Source: a virus. Taken from it: a stretch of 64,000 nt of DNA. Positions 19,944 to 28,500 of this stretch are shown piece after piece. How positions within the stretch are numbered: the stretch's first letter is position 1; each line of letters opens with the position of its first letter. The notes under the pieces were generated by a model, which saw nothing but the letters and a program-made list of their open reading frames with translations, ran no database searches and had not been told where the DNA came from. The DNA is taken from positions 14,155 through 78,154 of IMG/VR virus record IMGVR_UViG_3300046373_000136, one strand, 5' to 3'. Position numbers and translations under genes: made by a program.

Positions 19944-20240
19944 ATGAGACAGTACCCCCGGCAATGTTTCGTCCTCACTCCTACGTTCCAGCTCAAGGAA
20001 ATCACCATCACCAATGGTTATTCCTCACATGCCTATCCTGACTACGATCAGGTACAGGATGGAAAGATTTTCCACGTCGATGAGCTGTACGCATCCAAGC
20101 AGGAAGCACTGGATGCTGGCGAACGCAAGGTCAATGAGCGCCAAACCAAGCTGACCAAAATGCAAACCCGCCTCAATAAATGCGCTGACAACATCGCGTT
20201 GGCTCAAGCCAAACTCAACCAGGAGAAACCCAGTGTTTGA
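19944..20240 (+). CDS. Hypothetical protein
   Basis: ATG at 19944 after AAGGA; C-terminal coiled coil. Confidence 0.6.
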   Translation: MRQYPRQCFVLTPTFQLKEITITNGYSSHAYPDYDQVQDGKIFHVDELYASKQEALDAGERKVNERQTKLTKMQTRLNKCADNIALAQAKLNQEKPSV

Positions 20241-20403
20241 TGATGATGTGCCCAACACACAGCAACTTGTAAAAGACTGTTTTGAAATCATGGTCAACCG
20301 TGCCGCAGAAGACGGCTTCGTTGTAACCGTCGAGTAGCAACCCCTTCAACCTCTCGCCATGGGCAACTACGCAACCGTAGTCTCCGTGCGCCCTAAACGC
20401 TAA
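20233..20403 (+). pseudogene. Small ORF interrupted by in-frame TAG
   Basis: AGGAG RBS then GTG; ...GFVVTVE*QPLQPLAMGNYATVVSVRPKR; TAG at 20335-20337. Confidence 0.5.
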
Positions 20404-20413
20404 AGGAAACATC

Positions 20414-21142
20414 GTGTCCGAAGGAAATAAGAACGTCGTGCTGGTCATCGGACCACCGAACACTGGCAAGTCCACCTCACTGATGAAGCTGTCGAACCAA
20501 GACGAATTCGTCTACATGAATACGGACCTGAAGGAACTCCCATTCAAGCACAGCTTCATGGCCAGCGTCGAAGTCTCCGATCCCATTGATGTGCTCACGT
20601 ACATTGACGAGATCGAGACCAACGATGCAGCCAAAGGCGGCGTGCTTGATACCATCACCTTCCTGATGGGCATGTACGAGCGCATGTACGTGAAGACCAG
20701 CGCCGATACCCAGAAAGCCTGGGGCGGCTATGGTGACTTTTACCGTGACTTCATCCACCGTATCAAGTCCGGCACCAAGGACTACGCCATCATGGGTCAC
20801 ACCGACACCGTGTATGACGAAGTGGCCTTGCAGAACGTCACCAAGGTGCCTATCAAGGGTGCAGTCGGCAAGATCGGTGTGGAAGCAGACTTCACCACCA
20901 TCCTGTCCACCAAGCAGGTGCCCATCAAGTTGCTGGAAAAGCTGAAGATCGAAAACGATCTGCTGCACATCACGGACAACGAACGTGAAGACGGTTTCAA
21001 GTATGTCTTCTGCACCCGCGTCACCAAGGAATCGCTGGGCGAGAAGATGCGCTCTGCCATGGGCCTCTGGAACCGCAACGAGCTGTACATCGACAACGAT
21101 CTGGATCAGGTCTTTGCTCGTTTGAAAAAGTATTACGCCTGA
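20414..21142 (+). CDS. Sak4-like AAA ATPase (N4 gp44-like)
   Basis: GPPNTGKS Walker A, VLDT, GVEADF; synteny before SSB. Confidence 0.85.
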   Translation: MSEGNKNVVLVIGPPNTGKSTSLMKLSNQDEFVYMNTDLKELPFKHSFMASVEVSDPIDVLTYIDEIETNDAAKGGVLDTITFLMGMYERMYVKTSADTQKAWGGYGDFYRDFIHRIKSGTKDYAIMGHTDTVYDEVALQNVTKVPIKGAVGKIGVEADFTTILSTKQVPIKLLEKLKIENDLLHITDNEREDGFKYVFCTRVTKESLGEKMRSAMGLWNRNELYIDNDLDQVFARLKKYYA

Positions 21143-21186
21143 TCCAACTGCATTACTATCTCACTCCCAACACAAGGAAATAAATC

Positions 21187-21927
21187 ATGTCCCTCCTCAA
21201 AAAACTCGCTACCTCCGACAAAGTTACCGTTGAAAAAGACCGCATTGGCGGTGGTGGATTCGTCCTCGATATGGACCTGTATCTGCTGAAGATCGTCCAC
21301 GCTTACATCAGCACATCGGAATCCGAAGCCATGGCCCTGAACGTCAAGTTCGAGACCGAAGACGGCAAGACCCTGCGGTCCCAGTTCTGGATGACCAGCG
21401 GCAAAGAAAAGGGTGGCAAGAACACCTACATTGACAAGAAAGGCACCGAGCACTATCTGCCAGGTTTCAACCAGGCCAACAGCCTGTGCATGCTGACCGT
21501 CGAGCAGGAAATCGGCACGATGGATACCGAAGACAAGCTGCTGGAAATCTACAACGCCGAAGCCAAAGGCGAAGCACCAACCAACGTGCCATGCCTGGTG
21601 GACCTGTTCGGCACTCAAGTCTGGGCCGGCGTCCAGAAGCAAATCGTGGACAAGACCAGCAAGGAAAGCGGCTACCAGCCAACCGGCGAAACCCGCGAGC
21701 AGAACGAAATCGACAAGTTCTTCCATGCTGAAACCAAGCAAACCCTGTCGGAAGCACTGGCCGGCAGCGAAGCCGTCTTCTTTGAAACCTGGAAGAAGGA
21801 ATTCGCTGGCAAGCCAGCCATCAACAAGGCCAAGGGTGCAGGTGTAGCCGGTGCCCCAGCCAAAGGTGGTGCTCCAGGTGCAGCCGCATCGGGCAAGACC
21901 ACCAAGCCGCTGTTCGGCAAGAAGTAA
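21187..21927 (+). CDS. Single-stranded DNA-binding protein (N4 gp45-like)
   Basis: YLPGF, REQNEIDKFF, C-terminal KPLF; synteny. Confidence 0.85.
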   Translation: MSLLKKLATSDKVTVEKDRIGGGGFVLDMDLYLLKIVHAYISTSESEAMALNVKFETEDGKTLRSQFWMTSGKEKGGKNTYIDKKGTEHYLPGFNQANSLCMLTVEQEIGTMDTEDKLLEIYNAEAKGEAPTNVPCLVDLFGTQVWAGVQKQIVDKTSKESGYQPTGETREQNEIDKFFHAETKQTLSEALAGSEAVFFETWKKEFAGKPAINKAKGAGVAGAPAKGGAPGAAASGKTTKPLFGKK

Positions 21928-22056
21928 CAGGGGAAAAGTCTCAGCATTGCTGAGCAGAGGGATCACGAAAAAGCTAAGTGCGTGCAGTTCGTCATAGCCC
22001 AAGTTTGATCCTGCATCGGGAGGATACCCCGTCATGTCAACCCACCAAGGAACTAC

Positions 22057-22377
22057 ATGAACAATGATCAAGCCATCGAAAAGATGGTAGTGGAGCAGAA
22101 GGCTACCGCTCCCCGTGTCGCTGCGGCGCACATCGAAGACATGATGAGCAAGGTGTCGTACATCACCATCGTACCGCCTGGTTCGACTTCGACCTTCGTC
22201 CACAGCTACTTCGAGAAGCGTTTTCACTTGGCCACCGGCCACAGTGGATGCGTGTCACCGGAAAACTTCCGTGCCGAGATCGGCCGTAAGGTTGCCATGG
22301 ACAAGTGCATTGAACTGACCCGTGACAAGCTGTGGGAACTCGAAGGCTGGGCACTATTCCGGAGCATGAATCCATGA
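22057..22377 (+). CDS. N4 Gp49/Sf6 Gp66-family protein (Acb4-like nucleotide sponge candidate)
   Basis: APRV...I, G.SGCVSPENF.AEIGRK.A...KLWELEGW. Confidence 0.8.
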   Translation: MNNDQAIEKMVVEQKATAPRVAAAHIEDMMSKVSYITIVPPGSTSTFVHSYFEKRFHLATGHSGCVSPENFRAEIGRKVAMDKCIELTRDKLWELEGWALFRSMNP

Positions 22378-22844
22378 TCACCGCTGACATGCAGCAATAT
22401 ATCGGAACCAAGTTACTCAAGGCATTCCCTTTGAGCCGTGGTTCGTACAATCTGTATCGTGGCTGGATTATACCCAAAGGGGAAAACCCAGATGATGAGG
22501 GCTATCTCGTTCAGTACCAAGATGGTTATGAATCATGGTCACCAAAAGACCAATTTGAAATGGCTTATCGAACGACTGAGGCTATGACCTTTGGTCTTGC
22601 AGTCGAAGCCATGAAGATGGGTATGCCCGTCAGCCGTCAAGGATGGAATGGCAATGGCCAGTTCGTTTATCTGGTTCCTGCTGCATCCTATCCAGCTCAG
22701 ACTGGTGTGGCCAAGCATTACTTCGGTGAAGGCTCCATGGTGCCCTACAACGCTTACTTTGCACTGAAGACCGTGCAAGGCAACGTAAGCACCTGGGTTC
22801 CTTCGATCAATGACTGCCTTGCAGAAGATTGGATGATCGTATGA
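22374..22844 (+). CDS. DUF2829/MW1434 (Tad2-like) protein with extra N-terminal domain
   Basis: C-half MTFGLAVEAMK.G..V.R.GWNG...WVPSINDCLAEDW; N-half YIGTK..EGYLVQY.DGYESWSPK..FE.AY. Confidence 0.8.
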   Translation: MITADMQQYIGTKLLKAFPLSRGSYNLYRGWIIPKGENPDDEGYLVQYQDGYESWSPKDQFEMAYRTTEAMTFGLAVEAMKMGMPVSRQGWNGNGQFVYLVPAASYPAQTGVAKHYFGEGSMVPYNAYFALKTVQGNVSTWVPSINDCLAEDWMIV

Positions 22845-23074
22845 CCGACAAGCAACTGGATACCTTGCTGCCCCACCAACAACGTGTGGTGCAGGAGAAG
22901 AAGGAGCTGGACGAGAAAGTTGTAGCCCTGGCCAAGTTTTTTACCACGGATACCTTCCACAACCTGTCGGCTAATGAACAGACCATGTTGCATCGACAGA
23001 TCATCGTCATGGGTAAGTATTCACAAATCCTGGGTGATCGCATTGCCCTGTTCCTGAAAGAAGTCAATGGATAA
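22841..23074 (+). CDS. crAss001_48-like helical-hairpin protein
   Basis: PHQQRVV.EK.ELDEK...L..F....F..L...EQ..L..Q...M..YS.IL..RI..F. Confidence 0.75.
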   Translation: MTDKQLDTLLPHQQRVVQEKKELDEKVVALAKFFTTDTFHNLSANEQTMLHRQIIVMGKYSQILGDRIALFLKEVNG

Positions 23075-23357
23075 TCAACCAGAACCAGTGCAGCCGAAAC
23101 CCGAGCTGATCCCCATGGATGACATGGGTGTCTTCATCGGTCTGGTGGAAGCCTGGCATGCTGCCAATATCGGCATGCTCAAACAGATGCAACACATCCC
23201 GAATGACGGCAGTATCTCTGTCGAATACGAAGGTGTGCGTGTACCCGTTCAAGGCGACATCTACAAGGGCATGATGATGGGCCTGATTGCTGCCATCGGC
23301 ATGTTCGGCCAGCTTCCATTTGCCGAGATCGAAGATGAGCCAGCCAAGGCTGATTAA
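23067..23357 (+). CDS. Hypothetical protein
   Basis: Coupled ORF, 96 aa. Confidence 0.6.
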   Translation: MDNQPEPVQPKPELIPMDDMGVFIGLVEAWHAANIGMLKQMQHIPNDGSISVEYEGVRVPVQGDIYKGMMMGLIAAIGMFGQLPFAEIEDEPAKAD

Positions 23358-23925
23358 CGTCTGTGGTATGGACCCCAGCATGCGTAGCTGGGGAATCGCC
23401 TGTGGCACATACAATCTGGACACGCACGAAGTGGTGATTACCCATGTTGAAGTGGTCAATACCGAGTCAACGAAAAGTAAGCAGGTACGGACCAACAGCC
23501 TGGACATTGCCCGTGCTGTCTTGTTGTATGAAGGTGCGGAAGACTTCTTCCGCGTAGCACAGTTCACCTTTGTCGAAGTGCCTGTGGGATCACAGAGCGC
23601 CAACGGGATGAAGGCTTACGGTATGTGCGTTGGCATTCTTGGATCAGTTCGTGCCAGTGGTTCGCAGTTCATTGAAGTGACACCAACCGAAGTAAAGGTT
23701 GCTGCCACAGGCAATAAGAATGCGACCAAGGACGATATGATCGAATGGGCCACTACCAAGCACCCCGAAGCGCCATGGTCTAAACATCATGGCAAGCTCA
23801 ACACCTCCAAGGTCGAACATCAAGCTGATGCAGTCGGTGCCATCCATGCCGGCATCAAATCCAACGCATTCAAACAATTATTGCCATATCTGGCAGCCAA
23901 TAAAGGAGTAGCACATGCAAGTTAA
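23335..23925 (+). CDS. RuvC-like Holliday junction resolvase (N4 gp46-like)
   Basis: GMDPS, FVEVP, VTPTEVK, ATK..MI, EHQADA. Confidence 0.85.
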   Translation: MSQPRLINVCGMDPSMRSWGIACGTYNLDTHEVVITHVEVVNTESTKSKQVRTNSLDIARAVLLYEGAEDFFRVAQFTFVEVPVGSQSANGMKAYGMCVGILGSVRASGSQFIEVTPTEVKVAATGNKNATKDDMIEWATTKHPEAPWSKHHGKLNTSKVEHQADAVGAIHAGIKSNAFKQLLPYLAANKGVAHAS

Positions 23926-24667
23926 TCTGAAAGAAAGCGAAATCGCCAAGGCGGTTGAACTGTACCTGAACGGTCATGGCATCAAGACCCTCGGACGTGA
24001 TGTCACCATCCAGTTCTCGATGGGCAAAGGCGTCAATGGCCTGAAGGCTGAAGTCGAGATCGAAGGCATCGATCAACCGGAAATCCCCGGCTTCCGCACC
24101 ACTGATCCTGTGGTCCTGGAAACCAAGGCTGAAGAACCTGAAGTCAAGCCGACCAAGGTCGCCGCACTGATCCAGCATCACACGGAAGAAGTGCAGCAGA
24201 AGATCGCTGCGGCTACGGCAGAAGTCCAGGCAGAGCATGTTGCTGCCATGGCTCAGGTTTCCCCGGTTGCTGAACACACCGAAGTCCTGGCCGTGCTCAG
24301 CAAGGCAGACATCGAAGCGGAAGCTGCCTTGGCAGAAGCCGAAGCGGCCGAAGCAGCTCAGGCTGACAAAGGCCCACCGTTCGAAGCAGATCAACCTGCC
24401 GCTGTAGCCGAGCCAGTAGCCGAAGCTGCACCGAAGGCCAAGCGCACGCCGATCTTCGGCAAGAAAGCAGCAGCCATGGTCGAGCCTGAACCGGCCGCAG
24501 CACCAACGACTGAGCCGGACCTGGACGAAGCCGGCGACGACAATGGATCGTTCGATCTGCCAACGGAAGGTGATGCACCAGCCGAAGCACCGGAGCCAGT
24601 GGCAGAAGTTAAGCCAACGCCGATCCGTCGCAACACGTCGAGCCTGTTCAAGAAGCCAGCGCCTTAA
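23915..24667 (+). CDS. Hypothetical Ala/Glu/Pro-rich protein (N4-like conserved N-terminus)
   Basis: MQVNL.E.EI..A N-terminus, low-complexity tail ending SLF. Confidence 0.65.
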   Translation: MQVNLKESEIAKAVELYLNGHGIKTLGRDVTIQFSMGKGVNGLKAEVEIEGIDQPEIPGFRTTDPVVLETKAEEPEVKPTKVAALIQHHTEEVQQKIAAATAEVQAEHVAAMAQVSPVAEHTEVLAVLSKADIEAEAALAEAEAAEAAQADKGPPFEADQPAAVAEPVAEAAPKAKRTPIFGKKAAAMVEPEPAAAPTTEPDLDEAGDDNGSFDLPTEGDAPAEAPEPVAEVKPTPIRRNTSSLFKKPAP

Positions 24668-24856
24668 ATGCGTATCTTGAAAGCGATAGGAGCTATCCTG
24701 TTGTGGATCATCGTCATATTCATTGTGGCGTTGATCGGCTTGATAGGCTGGTTCCTATCCACTATCGCTGGTTTTGTTGTAACCGGTGTACTGGTGATCT
24801 TGGGCATCATGATCCTCTGTTCGGGGAACAAGCCCAAGAAACCTAACCCACCATAG
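24668..24856 (+). CDS. Small membrane protein
   Basis: 62 aa, two hydrophobic helices. Confidence 0.6.
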   Translation: MRILKAIGAILLWIIVIFIVALIGLIGWFLSTIAGFVVTGVLVILGIMILCSGNKPKKPNPP

Positions 24857-24917
24857 GCAATAGAAAGGCTCCTTCAGGGGAGCCTTTCTATGACTTATCC
24901 CACATGGAGACTTACCG

Positions 24918-25145
24918 ATGAAAAATATGAAGCGCGTGAAATTACATGAAGCCAGTATCGGCAAACATGTTGTGGTCAGCGATGCACTCGATGCCACGAT
25001 CTACACCGTCAAGGAAGTGACCAACTACACCTTGCGCCTGGCCTATTATGAGAATGGCCGGGAGTACGGCGGTGGACAGATGGATGTAGGTGGTTGCTAC
25101 CACCCTACCGAAGAACAACTCAACCATGAGCTGACCCGCAAATGA
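24918..25145 (+). CDS. Hypothetical protein
   Basis: GGAG RBS, 75 aa. Confidence 0.6.
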   Translation: MKNMKRVKLHEASIGKHVVVSDALDATIYTVKEVTNYTLRLAYYENGREYGGGQMDVGGCYHPTEEQLNHELTRK

Positions 25146-25384
25146 GCAACAAACATTATGTGCTGGTTCCTGGTTACGTCATCAGCGAGACCGATGATGA
25201 TGAGCACTACATCACATGGCAAATGCTGCAACGCCTGTACCAACTGGAACGGGGAGAATTTTCCATTAGCCGCGGTCATAAACGTGGTTGCACAAGAGAA
25301 ATCTTCGAACCTCCTGTTCCACCAGATCGGGAAATCGTATGGCTCCGACCCAGCAGCAAAGGCAAGTACGGACGGCCAGAATGA
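25142..25384 (+). CDS. Hypothetical protein
   Basis: PGYVIS.TD.D.HYI motif; coupled ORF. Confidence 0.6.
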   Translation: MSNKHYVLVPGYVISETDDDEHYITWQMLQRLYQLERGEFSISRGHKRGCTREIFEPPVPPDREIVWLRPSSKGKYGRPE

Positions 25385-25539
25385 TCTGGCCAATTCTGGC
25401 AGCTTTAGCTGCTTTACTTTCTTTCTTTGGTTTGCTGTATCAAAAACACAAAGATATAAATGATATCTGGACCATGAATATATGGGCAAATGCAATATGG
25501 TTTATTCCATATCTTCTATTGGCTATAGGAAAGAAGTAA
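25381..25539 (+). CDS. Small AT-rich membrane protein
   Basis: ATGA overlap; two hydrophobic segments. Confidence 0.5.
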   Translation: MIWPILAALAALLSFFGLLYQKHKDINDIWTMNIWANAIWFIPYLLLAIGKK

Positions 25540-25540
25540 C

Positions 25541-25573
25541 AAAAAGATGGCCGGTGATTTTACTCACCGGCCA
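25541..25573 (-). terminator. Terminator at convergence of middle and late transcription
   Basis: TGGCCGGTGA/TCACCGGCCA hairpin with an A run on the left. Confidence 0.6.
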
Positions 25574-25599
25574 CTAGCCCTTCTCCGTTACCTCACAGC

Positions 25600-28500
25600 C
25601 TACTTGAAGACGGACATCGCACCATTCACCGTTGCCAGTTGATCCAACGTACTGAAATACCGGAACGCTCCTGTTGTGAGTGGGTTGTTGCCTACCTTCC
25701 TTAATGCAGAGCTGTCCAATACAGTTTCACCCAGTTCCCAGATATTGTCCAGAATGATCGTACCCAACACCCGTGCCGGATTCTCCCGCACCAATCGGAT
25801 CAGCACCTTCTGGATGCGCAGGAAGTACTTCATGAACGGGATGATGCCCATGTCATCCACGTATTGTAAAAGTGGATGCATCGGAATGTCATAGTTCACG
25901 AAGGCTTCACTGGCTTGCTGGATCGCTTCCTTCTTGCTCAGCGGATTCTTTTTCCGCGTCGTCAGGTGTTGATACAGCGCATACCGAGCCACGAAGTCAG
26001 ACAGTTGCGTTACCCGTGAGAGACCTTGATACAGCTTCGTATCGTGGGTCATGTAGACGTTCTTCAGCCCACGCTGAATGACCGGATGCAGGTATTGATC
26101 CATCTTCTCATCCACGTCCCGAGCAAACTTGCTCCGGTACGAATAAATGTCATCGGCTGCGGCCACATCCTCCACAATCGTTGGCATCAGGCCAGCGTCT
26201 ATCAGCTCCTTGACCGGGTTCCGGGCAATGCTGTCTTCCAGACGGGTGATTTCATCATCCAGTTCTTTCACACTCCCCTTGATGTAATCAGCACTCCGTG
26301 CCAGTTGTAGCCGTGCCAGCTTCTCGCTGTCTTTGCGGTACGCTGTCGCTCCCCGCAAAGCCACCAGATGACTGTTCAAGTTTTGCCGGAATGGCACACC
26401 GGACAAGGCCAGCAACCACATATTCGACTTGATGTTGCCGATCATCACCGTACCAGTCTTGACCACCACGATGTCCTTGATCTCCGACACCACAGCGAGC
26501 CAGCGACGTTCAAACTGACGCACACGGTGTTCAGCCTTGGCACCGAAGATTTGCGTGGTCAACTGGATCATCGCCTTGTCCATGAAGCCTTTGTCTTCCT
26601 TGTTGAAGGCATCAGCCATGGACAGCTTGCGATAGCCGAACAGGATGTTCAGGCTGTCCTTGCGTACCATCATGGCATCCTGCCCCCACACTTTACGGAT
26701 ATCCGCTTGGGTCTGGGCCGGCAGAAGATTCCAGATTTCACGCAACGAGGCATCGGCCGAACCAGCACCGATCTTGATGAAGTCGTCTGGATTGTCTGCG
26801 AAGGATTTGTTGTATTCCTCCCGCAGCACTTCCACGGCTTTCTTGTTCTGCACCGGTGTGGCTTGCTTGTCATAGACCGAACCGGCCATCTTGCCCATCA
26901 GGTGCTCGAAGCGGTTATCCCGTTCGAGGATCGAGTCCTTCGTGGACTCAGCCATCAGGTAACGCCAGTCGGTGATCCGGCCAGCTTCATTGAAGATCGG
27001 CGCAGCATGGTTATCCGAACGGTTCGACATCAGCTTCCAGGAGCTACCCTTGGTCTGCCGATCCCAGGCCGACATCGCCATGGTGGAGAACTCATTCGGG
27101 TTCTCAATCTCCAAACGGCTACCCTTGGCTCCGGTATCGGACAGCGAGAACGCACCCGTTACACGGCGGCTCAGGCCACCATCCTTCTGCACGTAGATGT
27201 GCTTGACGCCACCGTTCGGGTCCAGATTGTCTGGGTTCACACGTGGTCCTTTGCTATAGCCTTGAGCCACCAGTAGATCACCCAGCTCATTGTTGACCAC
27301 TTGAATATCAGTGTTCGGGTTGTACACCTCCGGTGTGTAGCCGTGCATCATCAATGTTGGATTACCCTTGAACAGCTTTTCCAGGGACTCCGCTTCCATG
27401 TGCTTGTGCAGCTTGAGCATGAACTCCACACCGTTCTCCGTGCCCCGGCCGTTCTCTGCCGACAGCACCGAGTTGGCCGCAGCCTTGTCTGCATCCGAGC
27501 TGTAGCCGATGCTGTACAGCGTCACCAGGGCATTGATCGTGGCTTCGCTTCGGTATGCCTGAATGTGATCGACATTGCCTTCGTACTTGGTGCCCAGCAA
27601 CCGGCTGATGTTATGGCCATTGGCATGCAGCAGACCACGAACATATCCCGTTGCCTTGTAGTAACCCAGTACTTGTGCCTGCTCGATCACGGCATCCTTC
27701 AGGCCACGATAGTTGCCCAGCTTGGCTTCCATCTCTCCAATGTGCTTGTCCAGTACAGCCGGATCAGCCAGCATCGCTTCGATCTGCTTCAGGTCGAAGT
27801 GATCCAGCAGGTGATGGGCACCCGAGCGCATGAAGATGCGGGTCACACCGGTCTTCTGTGCTTCGGTCAGCTTTTCACTATCCTTGAACCCGGCCAGGAC
27901 TGCCGCTGCACCCTGTGTGATGATGTCCTTGCGTTCACCTTCCCGAATCTTGGCTTCACGCAAGATTTCCTGGAAGACAACCAAGTGTCCACGCACCTCA
28001 GTCACCAGCGAGGCCATCACGCCTTCGCTGCTCTTGAACTCCTTGTTCCGGATGGTCTTCATACCGTCCAGGAAGTCTTCCACGCGATCATCGGCATAGA
28101 TTTTGGCAACCACACCGGCTGTCCGGATGAATTGATTCTTGCTACCGGTGAACAGCTTGGAACCAGCCGCCTTGCTCACAGCAGCACGGCCTTTCTCAGC
28201 CAAAGACTTAGCCATGTCTTCGACTGGTTCCAGCATCGCCGTGGTCACCGCATTACGTGCCAGCACTTGCTTGCTCTTAGCTTCAATGCTCACCAGTTGC
28301 TTGACCAGTTGTTCGAGCTTGGCATCAGCCCGTTGACCAGCGTAGGTACCGGTGATCTTGTCGGTCAGCAGTTCCAACATCTTCTCGAAGAAACGTTGCA
28401 GCTTATCGGCAAAGGAACCACCCGAGGCCATGGTACCGGTGTCGGTCGAGACCTTCATCAGCTCATTCACCTCAGGGTGGACCAGCGCCATGGCTGCAAA

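Noticed and set aside
20335-20337. Genome-wide TAG recoding
   Set aside because: vRNAP, portal and ParB end normally at TAG, genes are not fragmented, and no CUA tRNA is present
21928-22056. c-di-GMP-I (GEMM) riboswitch call
   Set aside because: Only vague word similarity (AAAGCTA..TAGCC); GNRA loop/receptor architecture not seen
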